Shown here: positions 28,798-37,990 of the stretch, one piece after another
Layout: the number at the start of each line of letters is the position of its first letter
Numbering within the stretch: position 1 is the stretch's first letter
DNA from: Alphaproteobacteria bacterium
Lineage (GTDB): Bacteria; Pseudomonadota; Alphaproteobacteria; UBA828
Assembly (NCBI GenBank): GCA_965214705.1
Contig: CBDCCI010000002.1
Location: 2,208,001 to 2,272,000 of the forward strand
DNA: 64,000 bases
Direction of reading: 5' to 3'
Notes under the pieces: generated by a model
Database searches by the model: none
What the model saw: only the letters and a program-made list of their open reading frames with translations
What the model was told of the DNA's origin: nothing
Position numbers and translations under genes: made by a program

Positions 28798-29619
28798 TCA
28801 GAGAGCTGAGAGGAACTCCGAAAGACTCTCGTTAAACCGCTCCGGATACTCCCAAAACATCATATGGCCGCCGAAGGCCTCGACGCGCGAATTGGGGCAG
28901 TGCTTGGCCAGGAACGGCTTGGCGGTCTCGGCCCAGTGATCGGCGACGTAGAAGATCGACGGAATGCTCGCGTCCACCTGCTTCGCCTCTTCCAGATAGT
29001 TCGCGAAGCATACGTCGGCGATGAGATTGGCGGCGATGAGCGGCGGCGTCGCGAGCGACTGCTCGACGATCCAGGCGGTCACCTCCGGCGACATCTCGCC
29101 CTCGATCATCACGTTGTCGGCGTACCAGATGACGACGCCGCGCTGCCCTTGCGCGGTCTGCACCCCCTGGAAGAACCCGGCGAGAGCGTCGATCGCCCCC
29201 TCGACCCAATCGCTCTTGTCGTAGCTCATGCCGAGCGGCGGCATGTCGATGGAGACGAGCGCGCGAATGCCGTCCGTGCCCCGGTTGCGGACATGGTGCC
29301 ACGCGGTCAGCGAGCCCGCAGACCAGCCTGCAATAACCGGATTCTCGACTTCGAGGTGTTCGAGAAGCGCGGCGAGATCGGCGGCTTGGGTGGCGTAGTT
29401 GTTGCCGTCGCTCGTGACGGTCGAGCGCCCGTGGCTGCGCGGGTCGAACGAGATCACCCTATAGCTGTCCGAGAAGGCGGCGAACTGGTGGTCGAAGACC
29501 CTGGTCGTGAAGGTCCAGCCGGGAATCAGGACCAGCGGCGGACCCTCCCCTTCGTCCTCGTAGTAGATGTCGACGCCGGGAGCGACTTCGACATAGGCAC
29601 CGACGCGTTGAGTGGCCAT
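28798..29619 (-). CDS. Alpha/beta hydrolase (non-haem haloperoxidase-like)
   Basis: YYED.GEG.PLV.IPGW, DPRSHGRS, GWSAG nucleophile elbow, GHMMFWE.P.RFN. Confidence 0.88.
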   Translation of the reverse strand: MATQRVGAYVEVAPGVDIYYEDEGEGPPLVLIPGWTFTTRVFDHQFAAFSDSYRVISFDPRSHGRSTVTSDGNNYATQAADLAALLEHLEVENPVIAGWSAGSLTAWHHVRNRGTDGIRALVSIDMPPLGMSYDKSDWVEGAIDALAGFFQGVQTAQGQRGVVIWYADNVMIEGEMSPEVTAWIVEQSLATPPLIAANLIADVCFANYLEEAKQVDASIPSIFYVADHWAETAKPFLAKHCPNSRVEAFGGHMMFWEYPERFNESLSEFLSAL

Positions 29620-29664
29620 GACACCCTCCTGCATGGGATCGATGAGCAGCGCTGCCGATATCGG

Positions 29665-30678
29665 CTAGCCGTTGCGATAGATGTAGCTGTAGCCGTTGAT
29701 GGCGGGCACGCCGCCGAGATGGGCGTAGAGAATCTTGGAGCCTGCCGGGAAGTACCCCTTCCGCACGAGATCGATCATGCCCTGCATGGATTTGCCCTCG
29801 TAGACCGGGTCGGTCATCAGCCCTTCCGTGCGGGCGGCGAGGCGGATGGCATCGTTAGTCTCGGCGGACGGCACGCCGTAGGCGGGATAGGCGTAGTCCT
29901 CAATGAGGACGAGATCGTCGTCGGTGATGGCGCGGCCGAGTTCCACCAGCGCCGCCGTGTTGCGGGCGATCTCCATCACCTGCGCGCGGGTCTGCGCCGG
30001 CGTCCCCGACGCGTCGATGCCGATGACCCTGTCGGCGCGGTCGTCCTTCGCGAAGCCGACCAGCATGCCGGCATGGGTCGAGCCGGTGACCGTGCAGACG
30101 ATGATGTAATCGAACCTGATGCCGAGCTCCGCCTCCTGCGCCCGCACCTCCTCGGCGAAGCCGACGTAGCCGAGCCCGCCGAACTTGTGTACCGAGGCGC
30201 CGGCGGGGATGGCATAGGGCTTGCCGCCCTTCGCCTTCACGTCCTCGAGCGCCCGCTCCCAGCTCTCCCGAATTCCGATGTCGAAGCCTTCGTCGACCAG
30301 CTCGATCTCCGCCCCCATCACGCGGCTCATCAGGATGTTTCCCACCCGGTCGTAGACGGCGTCCTCGAACGGCACCCAGCTCTCCTGCACCAGGCGGCAC
30401 TTCATGCCGAGCTTGGCGGCGACCGCCGCGACCTGCCGCGTATGGTTCGACTGCACCCCGCCGATGGTGACCAGGGTGTCGGCGTTGGACGCGATGGCGT
30501 CGGGCACGATGTATTCGAGCTTGCGGATTTTGTTGCCGCCGAAGGCGAGGCCCGAATTACAATCGTCGCGCTTGGCATAGAGCTCGACCGCGCCGCCCAG
30601 ATGCTCGGTGAGCCGCTCCAGCTTCTCGATGGCCGTCGGCCCGAAGGTCAGCGGGTAGCGTTCGAATTTCTCCAGCAT
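29665..30678 (-). CDS. acdS: 1-aminocyclopropane-1-carboxylate deaminase
   Basis: [43 protein letters not shown]; TDPVYEGKS (Glu) and YAHLGG (Leu), the residues separating AcdS from D-cysteine desulfhydrase. Confidence 0.95.
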   Translation of the reverse strand: MLEKFERYPLTFGPTAIEKLERLTEHLGGAVELYAKRDDCNSGLAFGGNKIRKLEYIVPDAIASNADTLVTIGGVQSNHTRQVAAVAAKLGMKCRLVQESWVPFEDAVYDRVGNILMSRVMGAEIELVDEGFDIGIRESWERALEDVKAKGGKPYAIPAGASVHKFGGLGYVGFAEEVRAQEAELGIRFDYIIVCTVTGSTHAGMLVGFAKDDRADRVIGIDASGTPAQTRAQVMEIARNTAALVELGRAITDDDLVLIEDYAYPAYGVPSAETNDAIRLAARTEGLMTDPVYEGKSMQGMIDLVRKGYFPAGSKILYAHLGGVPAINGYSYIYRNG

Positions 30679-30839
30679 TGGGCTCTCCGCTCCCCTCCGG
30701 GTCCGTGCTCGCTCCGTCCGATGCCGCGTCCGCCGCGCTCATACGGCCGAAGAAAGGGACGATGGTATGATTTATCGAATGGGGTGACGCGCCGCAACGC
30801 GGCCCTGTTCCCTGGGTGGCAAGCATAGAGGCGTCGCTC

Positions 30840-32186
30840 GTGCCGGATCGTGAAGAGGACAGGCTGACCGGGCGGGTGCGCCGCTACGCGCGGGTCGGCA
30901 CCTCCGTGGGCGGCATCGCTGCGCGCATGGCGGGCCAGCGCTATCTTGGCCTGCCAGCCGACCGGGAGCGGAATGCCGAGGACCTGAGGCGTGCCCTCGG
31001 CGGCCTCAAGGGGCCGCTGATGAAGGTCGCGCAACTGCTGTCGACGATTCCCGGCGGCCTGCCGGACGAGTACGCCGACGCCCTCGGCGCCCTCCAGTCG
31101 CGGGCGCCAGCGATGGGCTGGGGCTTCGTCAAGCGGCGCATGGCCGCCGAGCTCGGCCCCGACTGGCGCTCCGCATTCGCTGACTTCGAGACGGAGGCGG
31201 TGGCCGCGGCCTCTCTCGGCCAGGTTCACCGCGCCACGGCGCACGACGGCACCGCGCTCGCCTGCAAGTTGCAATACCCGGACATGGCGTCCGCCGTGGC
31301 GGCCGACATCCGTCAGCTCAAGCTGATCTTCGCCGTCTATGCCCGCTACGATCCGGCCATCGACACCGGCGAGATCCACGCCGAGATCGCGGCGCGGCTG
31401 CGCGAAGAGCTCGACTACGAGCGCGAGGCCCGCCACATGGCCCTCTACGGCGAGATGCTGCGCGACGATCCCGGCGTTCACGTGCCGGTGGTGGACGCCG
31501 CCCTCTCGACGCGACGGCTGCTCACCATGAACTGGCTCGACGGCGCCCCGCTACTCGACTTCAAGGAGGCTCCGGCCGAGCAGCGTAACGACATCGCGCG
31601 CCACATGTTCGACGCCTGGTACGTGCCGCTGTACCGCTATGGCGTTCTCCACGGCGATCCGCATCTCGGCAACTACACGGTGCGCGAGGACGGCACGGTC
31701 AATCTCCTCGACTACGGCTGCATCCGCGTGTTCGAAAGCCGCTTCGTGCAAGGCATTATCGACCTCTACTACGCGGTGCGGGACGAGGACCGCGACCTCG
31801 CGGTGCACGCCTACGAGACATGGGGCTTCAGCGATCTCTCCAACGAGATGGTCGACGCGCTCAACATCTGGGCCAATTACATTTACGGGCCGCTGATCGA
31901 CGACCGCGCCCGGCTGATCGACGAATCGGGGAACGCACGCTACGGCGGCGCGGTCGCGGCCAAGACCCACCGGGAGATCCGGCGCCTCGGCGGCGTCACG
32001 CCGCCCCGCGAGTTCGTCCTGATCGATCGCTCGGCGATCGGCCTCGGCTCGGTCTATCTGCACCTCAAGGCCGAGCTCAACTGGCATCGGCTCTACGAGG
32101 AGCTGATCGCGGACTTCGACGCCGCCCGACTGACCCGCCGACAGGCCGCCGCACTGGACCGTTGCGGCGTGCCCGAGGCCGCCTGA
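30840..32186 (+). CDS. AarF/ABC1/UbiB-family kinase
   Basis: KGPLMKVAQ, AAASLGQVH.A, KLQYP, EELDY..EA, HGDPHLGN, LDYGC. Confidence 0.92.
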   Translation: MPDREEDRLTGRVRRYARVGTSVGGIAARMAGQRYLGLPADRERNAEDLRRALGGLKGPLMKVAQLLSTIPGGLPDEYADALGALQSRAPAMGWGFVKRRMAAELGPDWRSAFADFETEAVAAASLGQVHRATAHDGTALACKLQYPDMASAVAADIRQLKLIFAVYARYDPAIDTGEIHAEIAARLREELDYEREARHMALYGEMLRDDPGVHVPVVDAALSTRRLLTMNWLDGAPLLDFKEAPAEQRNDIARHMFDAWYVPLYRYGVLHGDPHLGNYTVREDGTVNLLDYGCIRVFESRFVQGIIDLYYAVRDEDRDLAVHAYETWGFSDLSNEMVDALNIWANYIYGPLIDDRARLIDESGNARYGGAVAAKTHREIRRLGGVTPPREFVLIDRSAIGLGSVYLHLKAELNWHRLYEELIADFDAARLTRRQAAALDRCGVPEAA

Positions 32187-32314
32187 CACGCGGTAGCAAT
32201 GCGCATTGTGGGCCCGAATCAACCCTCCGTGAAAACGCGCGGTGCTGGTCTTGGCAAACCGCACCGGGCGGGGCATTGTGACGCCGCTCCCGGGCAGGCG
32301 GAGTCGATGCGCGT

Positions 32315-33466
32315 ATGAGGATCGGGGTTCCGAAGGAAATCGTCCCGGGCGAGACCCGCATTGCCGCCTCCCCGGACTCGATCAGGAAATTCACGGCGCT
32401 CGGCGTCGAGGTGCTGGTTGAAAGCGGTGCCGGAGCCGGCGCCCAGATGTCGGACGAAGTGCTGGCGGAGGCGGGTGCCCACATCGTCGTCGACGCAAAG
32501 ACCGTCTACGGCGACGCCGACCTCGTCACCAAGGTCCGCGCTCCGCTCTGTGACGGAAACGCGGCCGACGAGCTCTCTCTCTTGAATTCTGATGCGGTGC
32601 TGGTGGGCCTGCTCGCACCGTTGCAACAGCGCGAGCAGGTCGATCGCTACGCGTCACTCGGAGTCACCTCCTTCGCGATGGAGCTGATCCCGCGCATCAG
32701 CCGCGCACAATCGATGGATGCGCTGTCGTCGCAAAGCAACATCGCGGGCTACAAGGCGGTGATCGACGCCGCCGATCATTTCGGCCGGATTCTGCCGATG
32801 ATGATGACCGCCGCCGGCACCGTGGCCCCGGCGCGGGTCGTCGTGCTTGGCGCGGGCGTCGCCGGTCTTCAGGCGATCGCGACCGCCAAGCGACTGGGCG
32901 GGCTGGTCTCCGCCTTCGACGTGCGCCCCGCCGTGAAGGAGCAGGTCGAGAGCCTCGGCGCCAAGTTCATCTCCGTCGATGCCGACGCCGGCAATGCCGA
33001 GACCGCAGGCGGCTACGCCAGGGAGATGGGCGATCTGTACAAGGCGCGTCAGGCCGCATTGATTCACGAGACGCTCACGAAGCAGGACATCTGCATCACC
33101 ACCGCGCAAATTCCGGGCAAGCCCGCCCCGGAATTGATCACCGAGGCGATGGTCAAGGACATGAAGCCCGGCTCGGTCATCGTGGACTTGGCTGTCGAGA
33201 GCGGCGGCAATTGCGCGCTGAGCGCCTACGACCAGGTGGTCGTGCGCCACGGCGTCACCATCATCGGCCACGCCAACTATCCGGCGCGGGTTCCGGTCGA
33301 CACCAGCACGCTCTATGCACGCAACCTGTTCAACTTCATCCAGCCGATGATCAACGCGGAAAGCCGTTCGCTCGAGATCGACTGGGAGGACGAGGTGATA
33401 CGGGGAGCCTTGCTGACCAAGGACGGGGCGGTGGTGAACCCGGCGCTTGAAGGCGAGGAAATGTAA
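32315..33466 (+). CDS. pntAA: NAD(P) transhydrogenase subunit alpha part 1
   Basis: MRIGVPKE...[42 protein letters not shown]. Confidence 0.95.
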   Translation: MRIGVPKEIVPGETRIAASPDSIRKFTALGVEVLVESGAGAGAQMSDEVLAEAGAHIVVDAKTVYGDADLVTKVRAPLCDGNAADELSLLNSDAVLVGLLAPLQQREQVDRYASLGVTSFAMELIPRISRAQSMDALSSQSNIAGYKAVIDAADHFGRILPMMMTAAGTVAPARVVVLGAGVAGLQAIATAKRLGGLVSAFDVRPAVKEQVESLGAKFISVDADAGNAETAGGYAREMGDLYKARQAALIHETLTKQDICITTAQIPGKPAPELITEAMVKDMKPGSVIVDLAVESGGNCALSAYDQVVVRHGVTIIGHANYPARVPVDTSTLYARNLFNFIQPMINAESRSLEIDWEDEVIRGALLTKDGAVVNPALEGEEM

Positions 33467-33468
33467 CC

Positions 33469-33771
33469 GTGGAGCACGTGCTCGAACTGCATCCCCTGGT
33501 CATTGCCATCACGGTTTTCGTGCTCGCCGTGTTCATCGGATACTACGTGGTGTGGAGCGTCACGCCGGCGCTGCACACGCCGCTCATGTCGGTCACGAAC
33601 GCCATTTCGAGCGTGATCATCGTGGGCGCGTTGTTGGCGGCGACACCCGCCGAGGGCAGTGTCCTGGCCAAGATATTGGGCGGAGTCGCCGTCGGCCTCG
33701 CAGCCGTCAACATATTCGGAGGATTCACGGTCACACAACGAATGCTGTCGATGTTCAAGAAGAAGAAATAG
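33469..33771 (+). CDS. pntAB: NAD(P) transhydrogenase subunit alpha part 2
   Basis: [34 protein letters not shown]. Confidence 0.95.
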   Translation: MEHVLELHPLVIAITVFVLAVFIGYYVVWSVTPALHTPLMSVTNAISSVIIVGALLAATPAEGSVLAKILGGVAVGLAAVNIFGGFTVTQRMLSMFKKKK

Positions 33772-33782
33772 GCGGCGCTCCC

Positions 33783-35165
33783 ATGACCTCCAATCTGGCA
33801 GCGATTCTCTATCTGATCGCTGGCGTCTGTTTCATCATGGCCTTGCGCGGCCTGTCGTCGCCCGCGACCGCGCGCAGCGGCAACATCTTCGGCATTGCCG
33901 GCATGGTGATCGCCATCGGCACGACTCTCGGCCAGCCGGGTGTCGAAGACTACTTGTGGGTCGGCGTCGGCATCGTGGTCGGCGGGCTCATCGGCACGCT
34001 GATCGCGCTCCGCATCCGCATGACCGCGATGCCCCAGCTCGTGGCCGGATTCCACAGCCTGGTGGGGCTCGCCGCCGTGCTGGTCGCAGGCGCAGCCTTC
34101 TACGCGCCGGAGACCTTCCACATCGGCACGCCCGGCGACATCAGACTGGTGAGCCGGATCGAGATGTGCTTCGGCGTGGTGATCGGCGCGCTGACCTTCA
34201 CGGGATCGGTCGTCGCCTTCGCCAAGCTTCAGGAATTGATGACCGGCGCGCCGCTGGTCTTCCGCGGCCAGCACCTGCTCAATCTCGCCCTCATCATCGC
34301 GATCATTGCGCTAGGCGTGGTCTTCTCCATCGAGCAGCAGGAGAGCGTGTTCTGGGCCATGACCGGCCTCGCGTTGCTCTTCGGCGTGCTGCTGATCGTC
34401 CCCATCGGCGGCGCCGACATGCCGGTGGTCATCTCGATGCTGAACTCCTACTCGGGATGGGCGGCGGCGGGTATCGGCTTCACGCTGGAGAATACGGTGC
34501 TCATCGTGGTCGGCGCCCTGGTGGGCTCAGCCGGCGCGATCCTGAGCTACATCATGTGCCGCGCGATGAACCGCTCCTTCATCAGCGTGATTCTCGGCGG
34601 CTTCGGCACCGATTCCTCGAAATCCGTCTCCGCGACCGACCGCACCCACAAGGCGGGCAGCGCCGACGACGCCGCCTTCATCATGCGCAACGCAGGCTCG
34701 GTCGTCATCGTGCCAGGCTATGGCCTCGCCGTCGCGCAGGCCCAGCACGCTATACGCGAGATGGCCGGTATGCTCCAAAAGGAGGGGGTCGACGTCCGCT
34801 ACGCCATCCATCCCGTGGCTGGCCGTATGCCGGGGCACATGAACGTGCTGCTGGCCGAGGCCAATGTCCCCTACGACGAGGTCTTCGAGCTGGAGGACAT
34901 CAACAGCGACATGCCCAACACCGATGTTGCCCTCGTGATCGGCGCCAACGACGTGGTCAATCCGGTTGCGAAGACCGATCCGCAGAGCCCGATTGCGGGC
35001 ATGCCGATTCTCGATGTGGAGCTCTGCAAGACGGTGCTGTTCGTCAAGCGCTCGCTGGCGCCGGGCTACGCCGGAATCGACAACCCGGTGTTCTACCGGG
35101 ACAACACAATGATGTTATTCGGCGACGCCAAGAAAATGGTCGAAGAGATCGTAAAGTCGCTCTGA
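33783..35165 (+). CDS. pntB: NAD(P) transhydrogenase subunit beta
   Basis: MTAMPQLVA.FHS, IGGADMPVVISMLNSYSG, PGYG, HPVAGRMPGHMNVLLAEA, GANDVVNP. Confidence 0.96.
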   Translation: MTSNLAAILYLIAGVCFIMALRGLSSPATARSGNIFGIAGMVIAIGTTLGQPGVEDYLWVGVGIVVGGLIGTLIALRIRMTAMPQLVAGFHSLVGLAAVLVAGAAFYAPETFHIGTPGDIRLVSRIEMCFGVVIGALTFTGSVVAFAKLQELMTGAPLVFRGQHLLNLALIIAIIALGVVFSIEQQESVFWAMTGLALLFGVLLIVPIGGADMPVVISMLNSYSGWAAAGIGFTLENTVLIVVGALVGSAGAILSYIMCRAMNRSFISVILGGFGTDSSKSVSATDRTHKAGSADDAAFIMRNAGSVVIVPGYGLAVAQAQHAIREMAGMLQKEGVDVRYAIHPVAGRMPGHMNVLLAEANVPYDEVFELEDINSDMPNTDVALVIGANDVVNPVAKTDPQSPIAGMPILDVELCKTVLFVKRSLAPGYAGIDNPVFYRDNTMMLFGDAKKMVEEIVKSL

Positions 35166-35272
35166 CCCCTCGTTTCACTTAAATGCAGACGAGTTCCGCG
35201 CCGCGGCAACCGGCCCGGCGTGAAAATTTCCTAGAGTAATTCGCGGCGTCGAGAGGCCGCAATTGGCGGGGG

Positions 35273-35476
35273 TTATTCCTCCCGCTGGGCGCGCTTGCGA
35301 GCGAGTTTCCGGGCGCGACGGACCGCTTCCGCCTTTTCCCGCGCCCGCCGCTCCGAGGGCTTCTCGTAGTGGCGGCGCATCTTCATTTCCCGGAAAATTC
35401 CCTCGCGCTGCATTTTCTTTTTGAGGGCCTTCAGCGCCTGATCGACATTGTTTTCGCGTACGACTACATGAACCAA
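35273..35476 (-). CDS. rpsU: 30S ribosomal protein S21
   Basis: [36 protein letters not shown]. Confidence 0.96.
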   Translation of the reverse strand: MVHVVVRENNVDQALKALKKKMQREGIFREMKMRRHYEKPSERRAREKAEAVRRARKLARKRAQREE

Positions 35477-35641
35477 ATTTCTGCTTCCCTTCCTCAGAAT
35501 TCGGGTTTCATTCCTGAGCGGGCGGCTCTATAGCACGCCGCGCCAGGGCTGTGAAGGCGACCCCGGCACTGCCCGCGGCCGCTTGCTGGCGGTAAAGTAG
35601 CACGCCGCGCCCCGATTTGTGAGGCGTAAAGGGAGAGCGCC

Positions 35642-36133
35642 ATGAGCGAGGCCACCGCCCAGGTCGGGATCATCATGGGGAGCCAGTCGGACTGGGAGAC
35701 CATGCGCCACGCCGCCGAGACCCTGGAGGCGCTCGGTGTCCGGTTCGAGACCCGCATCGTCTCCGCGCACCGCACGCCCAAGCGGCTCTATGCCTACGCC
35801 GAGGAGGCACGCGGGCGCGGGCTCAAGGTGATCGTGGCCGGCGCCGGCGGCGCGGCGCACCTGCCCGGCATGGCCGCCTCGATGACGCCGCTTCCCGTCA
35901 TCGGCGTGCCGGTCGAGAGCAAGAGCCTCAAGGGCATGGACAGCCTGCTCTCCATCGTCCAGATGCCGGCGGGCGTGCCGGTGGGCACGGTCGCCATCGG
36001 GCGCGCGGGCGCGGTCAACGCGGCCCTGCTCGCCGCCGCCATCGTCGCCCTCGGCGACGAGCGGGTTGCCGCCGCGCTCGATGAGTGGCGGGCCAAGCAG
36101 ACCGCGGCGGTCGCCGAAACGCCGCAGTCCTGA
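35642..36133 (+). CDS. purE: N5-CAIR mutase
   Basis: [38 protein letters not shown]. Confidence 0.97.
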   Translation: MSEATAQVGIIMGSQSDWETMRHAAETLEALGVRFETRIVSAHRTPKRLYAYAEEARGRGLKVIVAGAGGAAHLPGMAASMTPLPVIGVPVESKSLKGMDSLLSIVQMPAGVPVGTVAIGRAGAVNAALLAAAIVALGDERVAAALDEWRAKQTAAVAETPQS

Positions 36134-36137
36134 TCCC

Positions 36138-37250
36138 GTGATCGCGCCGGGCGCCACCATCGGCATCCTCGGCGGCGGCCAGCTCGGCCGGATGCTGGCG
36201 ATTGCCGCAGCACCTCTCGGCTACCGCTGCCACATCTTCTCGCCGGAGCCCGGCGGCCCGGCGGCGCAGGTCTCGGCCGCCGAGACCGTCGCGGCCTACG
36301 ACGACCACGCGGCCCTCGATGCTTTCGGCGCGGCGGTGGATGTCGTCACCACCGAGTTCGAGAACGTGCCGGCATCGGCGCTGGAGCGGCTCGCAGACCG
36401 GGTTCCTGTCCGACCGGCCGCGGGTTCGCTCCGCGTCGCCCAGAATCGCATCGCCGAAAAGGACTTCGTGCGCGGACTCGGGTTGGAGACGACGCCCTAT
36501 GCGGCGGTCGAGGTGGGTGCCGACAACGCGGCTGCCGATGCACGGATCGGCCGGCCCGCCGTGCTCAAGACCCAGACCCTCGGCTACGACGGCAAGGGTC
36601 AGGTCGTGCTGACGGAAGGCGACGACCTGCTCATGGCCTGGCGCGACACCCTCGGCAGCCTTCCGGCGATCCTGGAAGCGTTGGCCCCGATCGAGCGCGA
36701 GGTCTCGGTGATCGTGGCCCGCGCGCCGGACGGGCAGGTCGCGTGCTTCGATCCCGTCGAGAACCGCCATGTGAACGGCATCCTCGACGTGACGCTGGCG
36801 CCGGCTGGCATCCCCCCCTCCCTCGCGGAGACCGCACGGGAGGGTGCCAAACGCATCGCCCAGGCGGCGGACCACGTGGGCGTGCTCTGCGTCGAGCTCT
36901 TTATCACCGACGACGGCCGGCTGCTCGTCAACGAGATCGCCCCCCGCGTCCACAACTCGGGCCACTGGACAATCGAGGGCTGCGAGACCAGTCAGTTCGC
37001 GCAGCACATTCGTGCCGTCTGCGGCCTGCCGCTCGGCTCCACGGCACGGCGGGCCAACGGCTGCATGAAGAACCTGATCGGTGCCGATGTCGAGCGCTGG
37101 CCGGCGCTCGCCGCGGACCCAGCCGCACACCTCCATCTTTACGGCAAGGCAGAAACCCGTGCCGGCCGCAAGATGGGCCACGTTACCTGGCTCGGCCCTC
37201 TCGACGCGCCGCCGCCGGAGCCGCCCTGGCCGCCGGAAAGCGCTCCCTAA
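36138..37250 (+). CDS. purK: N5-CAIR synthase
   Basis: GILGGGQLGRM, TEFENVP, GYDGKGQ, NEIAPRVHNSGH, HLYGK...R.GRKMGH. Confidence 0.96.
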   Translation: MIAPGATIGILGGGQLGRMLAIAAAPLGYRCHIFSPEPGGPAAQVSAAETVAAYDDHAALDAFGAAVDVVTTEFENVPASALERLADRVPVRPAAGSLRVAQNRIAEKDFVRGLGLETTPYAAVEVGADNAAADARIGRPAVLKTQTLGYDGKGQVVLTEGDDLLMAWRDTLGSLPAILEALAPIEREVSVIVARAPDGQVACFDPVENRHVNGILDVTLAPAGIPPSLAETAREGAKRIAQAADHVGVLCVELFITDDGRLLVNEIAPRVHNSGHWTIEGCETSQFAQHIRAVCGLPLGSTARRANGCMKNLIGADVERWPALAADPAAHLHLYGKAETRAGRKMGHVTWLGPLDAPPPEPPWPPESAP

Positions 37251-37966
37251 CGGCTGCGCACCAGCGCCATGAAGTTGTCGTAGAGGATGCGGGCGTCCCG
37301 GTTGAAGGACGGCATGTTCCGCGCGGCCTCGGCCTCGAACGGCGCGAGACCGTCGGGGCCCAGCGCGCGCTCCAACGAATCCTGATAGGCCGGTACGGCG
37401 CCCCAGTCGCTGACCGTCGTCGGCGTCAGTTCCACGTGATACTGCAAGCCGTAGGCGTGGCGCCCGACCCGGAAGGCCTGGACTGCGCAGAGCGGCGATG
37501 ACGCGAGGCTGACGCCGCCGTCCGGCATCACGGTCACCGCGCAGCCATGCCATTGCAGGCAGGTCACGGTCGGATCGAGGCCGGCGAGCAGCGGGTCCAC
37601 GCGCCCGGCCTCGGTGAGATCGACCGTCATGATGCCGACCTCGGGCTCGGCCATGGTCTCCACCCGGCCGCCGAGCGCATCGGCGAGAAGCTGATGGCCG
37701 AGGCAGACGCCGAGAAAAGGCATGTCGCGCTCCGCCACGGCCTCGCGAATGGCCACCTTCTCGTCGGCGAGCCAGGGATGCTCCTCCTCCTCGAAGACAT
37801 CCATCGGCCCGCCCATGGAGATTAGCGCGTCGTAACCCTCCAATGGCGGGATCGCCTCGCCTTCGTCGAGCTCGACCGCATCCCATTCGACCCCGTCGGC
37901 GCGCATGAAGTCGCGGAAAATGCCCGGATGCTCGATATCGATGTGCTGCAGCACGAGGAACTTCAT
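37247..37966 (-). CDS. Type 1 glutamine amidotransferase (GMP synthase-like, standalone)
   Basis: LQH...E.PG, MGGPM, LGVCLGHQL, QWHG, LQYHVE catalytic triad. Confidence 0.9.
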   Translation of the reverse strand: MKFLVLQHIDIEHPGIFRDFMRADGVEWDAVELDEGEAIPPLEGYDALISMGGPMDVFEEEEHPWLADEKVAIREAVAERDMPFLGVCLGHQLLADALGGRVETMAEPEVGIMTVDLTEAGRVDPLLAGLDPTVTCLQWHGCAVTVMPDGGVSLASSPLCAVQAFRVGRHAYGLQYHVELTPTTVSDWGAVPAYQDSLERALGPDGLAPFEAEAARNMPSFNRDARILYDNFMALVRSR

Positions 37967-37990
37967 CGCCGGTTTCTCCGGTGTGTGGCG

